A stretch of 64,000 nucleotides of DNA from the human T2T-CHM13v2.0 reference genome, Homo sapiens. Position 1 is the first letter of the stretch. Every line of letters starts with the position of its first letter. Under the pieces are notes generated by a model that was not told the DNA's origin, did no database searches, and worked only from the letters and a program-made list of their open reading frames with translations. The DNA lies in NCBI GenBank assembly GCA_009914755.4, contig CP068257.2, forward strand, positions 7,232,001-7,296,000, written 5' to 3'. The translations under genes were made by a program, and so were the position numbers. Positions 44,151 to 56,250 of the stretch are shown here, piece by piece.

Positions 44151-47060
44151 TGGAGCAGAATCAACCTGAGTCGAATGCAATGGAATGAAATGGAAAGGAG
44201 TGGAATGGAATGGAATGGAATGGAATGGAATGGAATGGAACCGAATGGAATCCAATGGAATCAACTGGAATGGAATAGCATAGAATGGAATGGAATGTAA
44301 TGGAATCAATCCGGGTGGAAAGGAATGGAATATATGTAGTGGAATGGAATGGAATGGAGTGGAATGGAATGGAATGGAATGCAGTGGAATTTAATGGAAT
44401 GGAATCAACCCAAATGGAACGGAATGGAATGGAATGGAATGCAATGGAATGGAATGGAATGGAATCAACCAGAATGGGATGGAATGGAATGGAATGGAAT
44501 GGAATGCAATAGAATGCTATGGAATCAACCCGAGTGTAAGGGAAATGCATGCAACGGAATGGAATGGAATGGAATGGAATGGAATGGAGTGAAATGGAAA
44601 GGAACGGAATGGAATTAACCCGAGTGGAATTGAATGGAATGGAAGGGAATCAACCCGAGTGGAATGAAATGGAATGTAATGCAATGGAATGGAGCGGAAT
44701 CAACCTGAGTGTAATGGAATAGAATGGAAGGGAATGGAATGCAATGGAACGGAATGGAATGGAATGGAATGGAATGGAATCATCCCGAGTGGAACGGAAT
44801 GGTATGGAATGCAATGGAATGGAATGGAACAGAACGGAAAGGAATGGAATGGAATAGATTGAATCCGAGAGGAATTCACTGGAGTGGAATGGATTGGAAT
44901 GGAATGCAAGGGATTCAACCCAGTTGAATGTTATGGATTGGAAAGGAGTGGAATGGAATGGAATGGAAAGGAGTGGAATGGAATGGAATGGAATCAACAC
45001 GAATGAAATGGAACGGAATGGAATGGAACGGAATGGAATGGAATGGAATGGAATGGAATGGAATGGAATGGAAACAACACGAATGGAATGGAACGGAACG
45101 GCAGGGAATGGAATGCTGTGGAATGGAAAGAATTGGAATAAAATAAACACGAATAGAATGGAACCGAATGGAATGGAAAGGAATGGAATGGAATGGCATG
45201 GAATGGAATGGAATGGAATGGAATGGAATGGAATGGAATGGAAACAACACGAAGAGAATGGAACGGAATGGAATGGAATGCTGTGGAATGGAATGGAATG
45301 GAATGAAATAAACACGAATAGAATGGAACGGAATGGAATGGAATGGAATGGAATGGAATGGAGTGAAATGGAAAGGAACGGATTGGAATTAACCCGAGTG
45401 GAATGGAATGGAATGGAATGGAATGGAATGGAATGGAATGCAATGGAATGGAATGGAATGGAATGGAATGCAATGGAATGGAATGGAATGGAATCAACGC
45501 GAATGGAATGGAACGGAATGGAATGGAAAGGAATGGAAAGGAATGGAATGGAATGGAATGGAATGGAATGGAAAGGAATGCACTGGAATGGAATGGAATC
45601 ATCCCGAGTGGAATGGAATGGAATGGGATGGAACAGAACGGAAAGGAATGGAATGGAATAGATTGAATCCGAGAGGAATTGACTGCAGTGGAATGGATTG
45701 GAATGGAATGCAAGGGATTCAACCCAGTTGAATATCATGGATTGGAAAGGAGTGGAATGGAATGGAATGGGAAGGAGTGGAATGGAATGGAATGGAATCA
45801 ACACGAATGGAATGGAACGGAATGGAATGAAATGGAATGGAATGGAATGGTATGGAAACAACACGAATGGAATGGAACGGAACGGAATGGAGTGGAATGG
45901 TATGGAAACAACACGAATGGAATGGAACGGAACGGAATGGAATGGAATGCTGTGGAATGGAATGGAATGGAATGAAATAAACACGAATAGAATGCCTCGG
46001 AATGGAATGGAAAGGAATGGAGTGGAAAGGAATGGAACGGAATGAAATGGAGAGGTACGGAATGGTATTAACCCGAGTGGAATGGAATGGAATGGAAAGG
46101 AATCAACCCGAGTAGAATGAAATGGAATGTAATGCAATGGAATGGAGCAGAATCAACCTGAGTCGAATGCAATGGAATGGAATGGAAAGGAGTGGAATGG
46201 AATGGAATGGAATGGAATGGAATGGAAAAGAATGGAATCCAATGGAATCAGCTGGAATGGAATAGCATAGAATGGAATGGAATGGAATGCAATCAATCCG
46301 GGTGGATAGGAATGGAATGTATGGATTGGAATGGAATGGAATGGAGTGGAATGGAATGGAATGGAATGCAGTGGAAATTAATGGAATGGAATCAACCCGA
46401 ATGGAATGGAACAGAATGGAATGGAATGGAATGGAATGGAATGGAATGGAATGGTATGGAAACAACACGAATGGAATGGAACGGAACGGAATGGAATGGA
46501 ATGGTATGGAAACAACACGAATGGAATGGAACGGAACGGAATGGAATGGAATGCTGTGGAATGGAATGGAATGGAATGAAATAAACACGAATAGAATGCC
46601 TCGGAATGGAATGGAAAGGAATGGAGTGGAAAGGAATGGAACGGAATGAAATGCAGAGGTACGGAATGGTATTAACCCGAGTGGAGTGGAATGGAATGGA
46701 AAGGAATCAACCCGAGTAGAATGAAATGGAATGTAATGCAATGGAATGGAGCAGAATCAACCTGAGTCGAATGCAATGGAATGGAATGGAAAGGAGTGGA
46801 ATGGAATGGAATGGAACGGAATGGAACGGAATGGAATCCAATGGAATCAGCTGGAATGGAATAGCATAGAATGGAATGGAATGGAATGCAATCAATCCGG
46901 GTGGATAGGAATGGAATGTATGGATTGGAATGGAATGGAATGGAGTGGAATGGAACGGAATGGAATGCAGTGGAAATTAATGGAATGGAATCAACCCGAA
47001 TGGAATGGAACAGAATGGAATGGAATGGAATGGAATGGAATGGAATGGAATACAATGGAA
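44151..47060. repeat. HOR copy 3 (partial) ending in an extra ~610-bp tandem copy (46131-46740 repeated at 46741 to about 47050)
   Basis: Sub-landmarks at 46131 and 46741 (offset 610). ORF 46272..46649 and ORF 46871.. share the MEWNGMQSIRVDRNGMYGLEWNG... opening. Similarity to the HOR ends near 47.06 kb, where the 10.9-kb duplicated segment begins. Confidence 0.65.
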
Positions 47061-47562
47061 TGGAATGGAATGGAATGGAATGGAATGGAATGGAAAGGAA
47101 TAGAATGGAATGGAATCAACCCGAATGGAATGGAATGGAATGGAATGGAATGGAATGGCATGGAATCAACCCGAGTGGAATGGAATGGAAAGGAATTCAA
47201 TGGAATGGAAAGGAATGCAATGGTATGGAATCAACCAGAGTGGAATATTATCGAATACAATGGAATGGAACGGAATGGAATGGAATAAAATGTAATGGAA
47301 TGGAATGGAATCAACCGGAGTGCAATGAAATGGAATGGAATAAAATGGAATGGAAAGGAATTAAATGGAAAGGAACGGAATGGAATCAACACGAGTGGAA
47401 TGGAATGGAATGGAATGGAATCAATCCGAGTGGAATGGAAAGTAATGGAATGCAAAGGAATGAAACGGAATATAATGGAATGGAATGGAAACATCCCGAG
47501 TGGAATGGAATGGTATGGAATGCAATGGAACGGAATGGAACGGAACGGAATGGAATGGAACG

Positions 47563-47670
47563 GAATAGATTGAATCAGAGAGGAATTGAATGGAGAGGAA
47601 TGGAATGGAATGGAATGCAATGGATTCAACTCTAGTTGAATATCATGGATTGGAAAGGAATGGAATGGAA
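47563..47670. repeat. Representative of the same block, variant A (atagattgaatcagagaggaattgaatggagaggaatgga[at]tggaatggaatgcaatggattcaac[ct]ctagttgaatgtcatggattggaaaggaatgg)
   Basis: Copies by eye at about 5640, 6200, 9220, 19970, 20370, 22210, 23520, 23940, 27000, 47560, 50970, 52510, 58490, 61850 and 63480. It differs from variant B at fixed positions: CAGAGAGG versus CCGAGAGG; TGAATGGAGAGG versus TGACTGGAGTGG; CAATGGATTCAACCCTAG versus CAAGGGATTCAACCCAG; AAAGGAATGG versus AAAGGAGTGG. Confidence 0.75.
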
Positions 47671-48599
47671 TGGAATGGAGTGGAGTGGAATAGAATCAAC
47701 TCGAGTGCAATGGAATGTAATGGAATGGAGTGGAATGGAATGGAATGCAATGAAATGGAAAGGAATGCTATGGAATCAACCCGAGTGTAATGGAAATGAA
47801 TGGAATGGAATGGAATAGAAAGGAATGAATGGAAAGGAATGGAATGGAATGGAATGGAATGGAATGGTATGGAATCAACCCGAGTGGAATGGAATGGACT
47901 GGAATGGAATAGAATGGAATGGAATGGAATGGAATGCAACAGAATCAACCCGAGTAGAATGGAATGGAAAGAAATGGAATGAAATGGAATGGAAAGGAAT
48001 GGAATGGAATCAACACGAATGAATGGAATGGAATGGAAAGGAATGAATGAAATGGAATGGAATGGAATGGAATGGTAGGGAATCAACACGAGTGGAATGG
48101 AATGGAATGGAATGGAATGGAATGCTATGCAATCAACAAGAGTGTAATGGAAATGAATGGAATGGAATGGAATGGAATAGAATGGAATAAACCAGAAAGG
48201 AATGGAATGGAATGGATTGGAATGGAATGGAACGGATTGGAATGCTATGCAATCAACAGGAGTGTAATGGAAATGAATGGAATGGAATGGAATGGAATGG
48301 AATAAACCCAAGTGCAATGGAATGGAATAGAATGCAATGGAATAAAAAAAAAGTGGAATGGAATAGAAAGGCATGCAATGGAATGGAATGGAAAGCAAAG
48401 GAATGGAATCAACCCGACTGGAATGGAATGGAATGGAAAGGAATGAAGGGAATGGAATGGAATGGAAAGGTATGGAATCAACTCGAGTGGAATGGAATGG
48501 AATGGAATGGAATGGAATGGAATGGAATGGAATGGAAAGTTATGGAATCAACTCGAGTGGAATGGAATGGAATGGAGTGGAATGGAATGGAATGGAATG

Positions 48600-49300
48600 G
48601 AATGGAATGGAGTGGAATGGAAGGCAATGCCATGGAATGGAACGGAATGGAATGGAATGGAATGGAATGGAACGGAATGGAATTGAATGGCATGGAATGA
48701 ACCCGACTGGAATGGAATGCAATGGAATGGAATGGAATGGAATGGAATGGAATCAACCCGAATGGAATGGAATGGAATGGAATGGAGTGGAATGGAATGG
48801 AATTGAATGGAATGGAATAGAATGGATTGGAAAGGAATCAACCCGAATTGAATGGAATGGAATGGATTGGAATGGAATGGAATCGAATGGAATGGAATGG
48901 AATCAACCCGAGTGGAATGGAATGGAATGGAATGGAATGGAATGGAATGGAATGGAGTGGAATGGAAGGCAATGCCATGGAATGGAATGGAATGGAATGG
49001 AATGGAATGGAATGGAACGGAATGGAATAGAATGGCATGGAATGAACCCGACTGGAATGGAATGCAATGGAATGGAATGGAATGGAATGGAATGGAATGG
49101 AATGGAATGGAATCAACCCGAATGGAATGGAATGGAATGGAATGGAGTGGAATGGAATGGAATTGAATGGAATGGAATAGAATGGAATGGAAAGGAATCA
49201 ACCCGAATTGAATGGAATGGAATGGAATGGAATGGAATCGAATGGAATGGAATGGAATCAACCCGAGTGGAATGGAATGGAATGGAATGGAATGGAATCA
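48600..49300. repeat. Internal ~345-bp tandem doublet inside the duplicated segment (also present at about 59.44-60.13 kb in copy B)
   Basis: aatggaaggcaatgccatggaatgg at about 48615 and 48961, and at about 59470 and 59810. ORFs 48373..49560 and 59303..60430 contain the internal repeat ...GRQCHGMERNGMEWNG...HGMNPTGMECNG...GKESTRIEWNG... twice. Confidence 0.7.
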
Positions 49301-52300
49301 ACCTGAATGGAATGGAATGGAATGGAATGGAAAGGAATGGAATGGAATGGAATGGAATGGAATGGAATGGAATAGAATGGAATCAACAAGAATGGGATGG
49401 AATAGAATGGAATGGAATGGAATGGAAAGGAATCCTATTGAATCAACCCGAGTGTAATGGAAAAGAATGGAATGGAATGGAATGCAATGGAATGGAATCA
49501 AACCAAGTGCAATGGAATGGAATAGAATGCAACGGAACCAACCCGAGTGGAATGGAATAGAAAGGCATGCAATGGAATGGAATGGAAAGCAGTGGAATGG
49601 AATCAACCCGACTGGAATGGAATGGAATGGAAAGGAATGAAGGGAATGGAATGGAATGGGAAGGTATGGAATCAACCCGAGTGGAATGGAATGGAATGGA
49701 ATGGAATGGAATGGAGTGGAATGGAATGGAGTGGAATCGAGTGGAATGGAATGGAATGGAGTGGAATGGAAGACAATGAAATTTTATGGAATGGAATAGA
49801 AAGGAGCGGAACAGAATGGAATTGAATGGCATGGAATGGACACGAATCCAATGGAATGGAATGGAATGGAATGGAATGGAATGGAATCAACCCGAATGGA
49901 ATGGAATGGAATGGAATGGAATGGAATTAAATGGAAAGGAATGGAATGGATTCAACACGAGTGGAATGGAATGGAATGGAGTGGAATGGAATGGAATGGA
50001 ATCAATCCGAGTGGAATGGAATGGAATGGAATGGAATGCAATGGAATGGAATGGAAAGGAATGGAATGGAATGGAATGGAAGGCAAGGCAATGGAATGGA
50101 ATGGAATGGAACGGAATGGAACTCAATGGCATGGAATGAACCAGACTGGAATGGAATGCAATGGAATGGAATGGAATGGAATGGAATGGAATGGAATGGA
50201 ATGGAATGGAATCAACCCGAATGGAATGGAATGGAATGGAATGGAGTGGAATGGAATGGAATTGAATGGAATGGAATGGAATGGAAAGGAATCAACCCGA
50301 ATGGAATAGAATGGAATGGAATGGAATGGAATGGAATGGAATGGAATGGAATGGAATCAACCCGAGTGGAATGGAATGGAATGGAATTCAGTGGAATGGA
50401 ACGGAATGGGATGGTATGGAATCAAGCTGAGTGGAATATTATCGAATGAAATGGAACGGAATGGGACGGTATGGAATCAACCCGAGTGGAATATTATCGA
50501 ATGAAATGGAATGGAACGGAATGGAATGGAATAAAATGTAATGGAATGCAATGGAATCAACCGGAGTGCAATGGAATGGAATCGAATAAAATGGATTGGA
50601 ATGGAATTAAATGGAAAGGAACGGAATGGAATCAACACGAGTGGAATGGAATGGAATGGAATGGAATGGAATAGAATGGAATGGAATGGAATCAACCGGA
50701 GTGCAATGGAATGGAATGGAATAAAATGGAATGGAATGGAATTAAATGGAAAGGAACGGAATGGAATCAACACGAGTGGAATGGAATGGAATGGAATGGA
50801 ATGGAATGGAATGGAATGGAATCAATCCGAGTGGAATGGAATGGAATGGAATGCAATGGAATGAAACGGAATATAATAGAATGGAATGGAAACATCCCGA
50901 GTGGAATGGAATGGTATGGAATGCAATGGAACGGAATGGAACAGAACGGAATGGAATGGAATGGAATAGATTGAATCAGAGAGGAATTGAATGGAGAGGA
51001 ATGGAATGGAATGGAATGCAATGGATTCAACTCTAGTTGAATATCATGGATTGGAAAGGAATGGAATGGAATGGAATGGAATGGAATGGAATGGAATGGA
51101 ATGGAGTGGAATGGAATAGAATCAACTCGAGTGCAATGGAATGTAATGGAATGGAGTGGAATGGAATGGAATGCAATGAAATGGAAAGGAATGCTATGGA
51201 ATCAACCCGAGTGTAATGGAAATGAATGGAATGGAATTGAATAGAAAGGAATGAATGGAATGGAATGGAATGGAATGGAATGGAATGGAATGGTATGGAA
51301 TCAACCCGAGTGGAATGGAAAGGACTGGAATGGAATAGAATGGAATGGAATGGAATGGAATGCAACGGAATCAACCCGAGTAGAATGGAATGGAAAGAAA
51401 CGGAATGAAATGGAATGGAAAGGAGTGGAATGGAATCAACACGAATGGAATGGAATGGAATGGAAAGGAATGAATGCAATGGAATGGAATGGAATGGAAT
51501 GGTAGGGAATCAACCCGAGTGGAATGGAATGGAATGGAATGGAATGGAATGGAATGGAATCCAGCCGAATGGGATGGAATGCAATGCAATGGAATGGAAT
51601 GGAATAGAATCAACCCGAATGGAATGGAACGGAATGGAATGAAAAGGAATGGAATGGAAAGGAATGGAATGGAATAGAATGGAATAAACCAGAATGGAAT
51701 GGAATGGAATGGATTGGAATGGAATGGAATGGAATGGAATGCTATGGAATCAACAGGAGTGTAATGGAAATGAATGGAATGGAATGGAATGGAATGGAAT
51801 AAACCCAAGTGCAATGGAATGGAATAGAATGCAATGGAATCAACCCAAGTGGAATGGAATAGAAAGGCATGCAATGGAATGGAATGGAAAGCAAAGGAAT
51901 GGAATCAACCAGACTGGAATGGAATGGAATGGAAAGGAATGAAGGGAATGGAATGGAATGGAAAGGTATGGAATCAACTCTAGTGGAATGGAATGGAATG
52001 GAATGCAATGGAATGGAATGGAATGGAATGGAATGGAATGGAATGGAATGGAATGGAATCAACCCGAGTGGAATGGAATGGAATGGAATTCAATGGAATG
52101 AAGTGGAATGGGATGGTATGGAATCAACCCGTGTGGAATATTATCGAATGAAATGGAATGGAATGGGATGGTATGGAATCAACCCGAGTGGAATATTATC
52201 GAATTAAATGGAATGGAACTGAATGGAATGGAATAAAATGCAATGGAATGGAATGGAATCAACCAGAGTGGAATGGAATATAATGGAATGGAATGGAATT

Positions 52301-53199
52301 AAATCGAGAGGAACAGAATGGAATCAACACGAGTGGAATGGAATGGAATGGAATGGAATGGAATCAACCCGAGTGGAATGGAATGGAATGGAATGTAATG
52401 GAATGAAGCGGAATATAATGCAATGGAATGGAAACATCCCGAGTGGAATGGAATGGTATGGAATGCAACGGAACGGAATGGAACAGAACGGAATGGAATG
52501 GAACGGAATAGATTGAATCAGAGAGGAATTGAATGCAGAGGAATGGATTGGAATGGAATGCAATGGATTCAACCCTAGTTGAATGTCATGGATTGGAAAG
52601 GAATGGAATGGAACGGAATGGAATGGAATGGAATGGAGTGGAATGAAATGGTGTGGAATCAACACGAATGGAAAGGAACGAAATGGAATGGAATGGAATG
52701 GAATGGACTGGAATGGAATGGAATGGAATGGAAACAACACGAATAGAATGGAACGGAATGGAATGGAATGCTGTGGAATGGAATGGAATGGAAAGGAATC
52801 AACCCGAGTGGAATGAAATGGAATGTAATGCAATGGAATGGAGCGGAATCAACCTGAGTCAAATGCAATGGAATGGAATGGAATGGAGTGGAATGGAATG
52901 GAATGGAATGGAATGGAATGGAATGGAATGGAACGGAATGGAATCCAATGGAATCAACTGGAATGGAATAGCACAGAATGGAATGGAATGGAATGGAATC
53001 AATCCGGGTGGAATGGAATGGAATGTATGGAGTAGAATGGAATGGAATGGAGTGGAATGGAATGGAATGGAATGCAGTGGAATTTAATGGAACGGAATCA
53101 ACCCGAATGGAATGGAACGGAATGGAGTGGAAAGGAATGGAATGGAATGGAATGGAATGGAATGGAATGGAATGGAATGGAATGGAATGGAATCAACCC

Positions 53200-56100
53200 A
53201 AGTGCAATGGAATGGAATGGAATGCAATGGTATCAACCCGAGTGGAATGGAAAGGAAAGGAATGAAATGAAATGGAATGGAAAGGAATGGAATGGAATCA
53301 AACCGAATGGAATGGAATGGAATGGAATGGAAAGTAAAGAATGGAATGGAATGGAATGGATTGGTATGGAATGGTATGGAATCAACCCGAGTGGAATGGA
53401 ATGGACAGGAATGGAATAGAATGGAATGGGATGGAATGGAATGCAATGGAATGGAAAGGAATGGTACGGAATGGAACGGAATGGAATAGAATGAACACGA
53501 ATGGAATGGAATGGAAAGGAATGGATTGGAATGGAATGGAATGGAATCAACCCGAGTGGAACGGAATGTAATGAAATGGAGTGGAATGGAAAGGAATGGA
53601 ATGGAATGGAATGAACACGAATGGAATGGAATGGAATGGAATGGAATGGAATGGTATGGAATCAACCCGAGTGGAATGGAATGGACAGGAATGGAATAGA
53701 ATGGAATGGGATGGAATGGAATGCAATGGAATGGAATGGAATAGAAAGGAATGGTACGGAATGGAACGGAATGGAATAGAATGAACACGAATGGAATGGA
53801 ATGGAAAGGAATGGATTGGAATGGAATGGAATGGAATCAACCCGAGTGGAACGGAATGTAATGGAATGGAGTGGAATGGAATGGAATGGAATGGAATGGA
53901 ATGGAATGGAATGCAATGGAATCAACACGAATGGAATGGAATGGCATGGAATGGAAGGGAATGGAATGAAATGGAATCAACCCTAGTGGAATGGAATGGA
54001 ATGGAGTTTAATGGAATGGAATAGAATAGATTGGTATGGAATCAACCCGAGAGGAATGGTATGGAATGGAATGCAATGGAATGGAATGCAATGCAACAAA
54101 ATGGAATGGAATGGAATGGTATCAACACGAGTGGAAGGGAATGGAATGGAATGGAATCAACCGGAGTGGAATGGAATGGAATGGAGTGGAATGGAATGGA
54201 ATGCAATGAAATGGAAAGGAACGGAATTTAATCACCCCGAGTGGAATGGAATAGAATGGAATGGAAAGGAATGGAATCAACCCGAGTGGAATGGAATGGA
54301 ATGGAATGGAATGGAATGGAATGGAATGGAATGGAATGGAATCAACCTGAGTGGAATGGAATGGAATGGAATGGAATGGAATGGAATGGAATGGAATGAA
54401 CACGAGTGGAATGGAATAGAATGAAATGCAATGGAATGAAATGGAATGCAATGGAATGGAATGGAATGCAAGACATTGGAATCAACTGGAATGGAATGGA
54501 ATGCAATGGAATGGAATGGAATGCAATGGAATCAACCAGAGTGGAAAGGAATAGAATGGAATGGATTATAATGCAATGGAATGGAATCAATCCTGGTGCA
54601 ATGGAACGGAATGGCATGGAGTGGAATGGAACGGAATGGAATGGAATGGAATGGAATGGAAAGGAATCAACCCGAAAGGAATGGAATGGAATGAAATGGA
54701 AAGGAATGGAATGCAATGGATTGGAATGGAATGAAATGGATTCAACCCGAATTGAATGGAATGGAATGGAATGGAATGTTATATAATCAACACGAGTGGA
54801 ATGAAATGAATGGAAAGAAATGGAATGGAATGCAATGGAATGGAATGGAAAGGAATGGAATGGAATCAACCCGAATGGAATTGAATGGAAAGGAATGGAA
54901 TGGAATGGATTAGAATGGAATGGAATGGAATGGAATGGAATGGAATGGAATGGAATGGAGTGGAATGGAATGGAATGGAATCATCCCGAGTGGAATGGAA
55001 TGGTATGGAATGCAATGGAATGGCATGGAACAGAACGGAAAGGAATGGAATGGAATAGATTGAATCTGAGAGGAATTGACTGGAGTGGAATGGATGGAAA
55101 TGGAATGAAAGGGATTCAACCAAGTTGAATGTCATGGATTGGAAAGGAGTGGAATGGAATGGAATGGAAAGGAGTGGAATGGAATGGAATGGAATCAACC
55201 CGAATGGAATGGAACGGAATGGAATGGAAAGGAAAGGAATGGAATGGAATGGAATGGAATGGAATGGAATCAACCTGAATAGGATGGAATGGAATGGAAT
55301 GGAATGGAATACAATGGAATGCTATGGAATAAACCCGAGTGTAATGGAAATGCATGGAATGGAATGGAATGGAATGGAATGGAATGGAATGGAATGGAAT
55401 CAACCCAAGTGCAATGGAATGGAATGGAATGCAACGGAATCAACCCGAGTGGAATGGAATGGACAGGAATGGAATAGAATGGAATGGGATGGAATGGAAT
55501 GCAATGGAATGGAAAGGAATGGTACGGAATGGAACGTAATGGAACGGAATGGAATAGAATGAACACGAAAAGAATGGAATGGAAAGGAATGGATTGGAAT
55601 GGAATAGAATGGAATCAACCCGAGTGGAACGGAATGTAATGGAATGGAGTGGAATGGAATGGAATGGAATGGAATGGAATCAACACGAATGGAATGGAAT
55701 GGCATGGAATGGAATGGAATGGAATGGAATGGAATGGAATGGAATCAACCCTAGTGGAATGGAATCGAATGGAGTTTAATGGAATAGAATAGAATAGATT
55801 GGTATGGAATCAACCCGAGAGGAATGGTATGGAATGGAATGCAATGGAATGGAATGGAATGGAATAAAATGGAACGGAATGGAATGGAATCAACGCGAGT
55901 GGAAGGGAACGGAATGGAATGGAATCAAAAGGAGTGGAATGGAATGGAATGGAGTGGAATGGAATGGAATGCAATGAAATGGAAAGGAACGGAATTTAAT
56001 CAACCCGAGTAGAATGGAATAGAATGGAATGGAAAGGAATGCAATCAACCCGAGAGGAATGGTATGGAATGGGATGCAATGCAATGGAATGGAATGGAAT

Positions 56101-56250
56101 AGAATGGAATGCAATGGAATGGAATCAACCCGAGTGGAAGGGAATGGAATGGAATGGAATCAACCGGATTGGAATGGAATGGAATGGAGTGGAATGGAAT
56201 GAATGCAATGAAATGGAAAGGAATACTATGAAATCAACCCGAGTGTAATG
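53200..56250. repeat. Spacer between the two 10.9-kb copies, organised with its own ~290-bp and ~1.78-kb periodicities and rich in CAACACGAATGG variants
   Basis: ORFs 53511..53699, 53801..53986 and 55579..55779 share MERNGLEWNGMESTRVERNVM[EK]WSGME (offsets 290 and 1778). ORFs 53996..54424 and 55824..56012 share VSTRVEGNGMEWNQ[PK]EWNGMEWSGMEWNAMKWKGTEFN. Minus ORFs 53084..53788 and 55270..55566 share MFILFHSVP..IPFYSIPVHSIPLGLIP. Confidence 0.6.

Larger units (their letters stand above)
33700..47060. repeat. Higher-order repeat (HOR) domain: about 3.5 copies of a 3.64-3.84-kb unit, each built from sub-modules of about 1.94 kb, 0.86 kb and 0.84 kb
   Basis: Landmark caatggaatggagc[ag]gaatcaacctgagtcgaatgcaatgg occurs at about 33721, 35851, 36711, 38651, 39511, 40351, 42287, 43331, 44151, 46131 and 46741. 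This gives registers 36711->40351->44151 (3640, 3800) and 38651->42287->46131 (3636, 3844). Minus-strand ORFs 37543..38661, 41916..42284 and 44650..46137 share hundreds of residues nearly verbatim. Plus-strand ORFs 37473..37835, 41081..41428 and 44894..45661 are likewise near-identical. Confidence 0.8.
47090..53100. repeat. Copy A of an approximately 10.9-kb segmental (dispersed-tandem) duplication
   Basis: Dozens of ORFs are amino-acid-identical between the two copies at offsets of 10855-10970 bp. Examples: 47295..47573 and 58213..58491; 47590..47790 and 58508..58708; 51371..51874 and 62246..62749 (167 aa identical); 51694..51942 and 62569..62817; 52324..52833 and 63294..63803. Confidence 0.88.

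Noticed and set aside
44650-46137. 495-aa ORF on the minus strand. Similar long ORFs at 59034..60545 (503 aa), 48373..49560 (395 aa), 37543..38661 (372 aa) and 40807..41625 (272 aa).
   Set aside because: The translations are pure low-complexity IPFHS or MEWNG pentapeptide repeats, read straight off ATTCC or GGAAT. Both pentamers are stop-free in every frame, so ORF length only reflects how long the repeat stays undiverged. They have no promoter or RBS context and no conserved domain-like composition.
33700-47060. Identifying the about 3.6-3.8-kb HOR as the Y-chromosome DYZ1 3.56-kb repeat.
   Set aside because: Only about 3.5 copies are present and the flanks are heterogeneous HSat3 with different modules. 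DYZ1 arrays are long and homogeneous. Without alignment to a DYZ1 consensus this assignment cannot be supported, so the chromosome of origin is left open.
48341-48351. A9 homopolymer (A10 at the paralogous site 59271-59281), the only long homopolymers in the window; considered as a retroposon poly-A tail.
   Set aside because: No retroelement body, target-site duplication or non-satellite sequence flanks it. Both instances lie at the homologous position of the 10.9-kb duplicated segment, so it is a single local A-run expanded by slippage, which also explains the A9 versus A10 difference.
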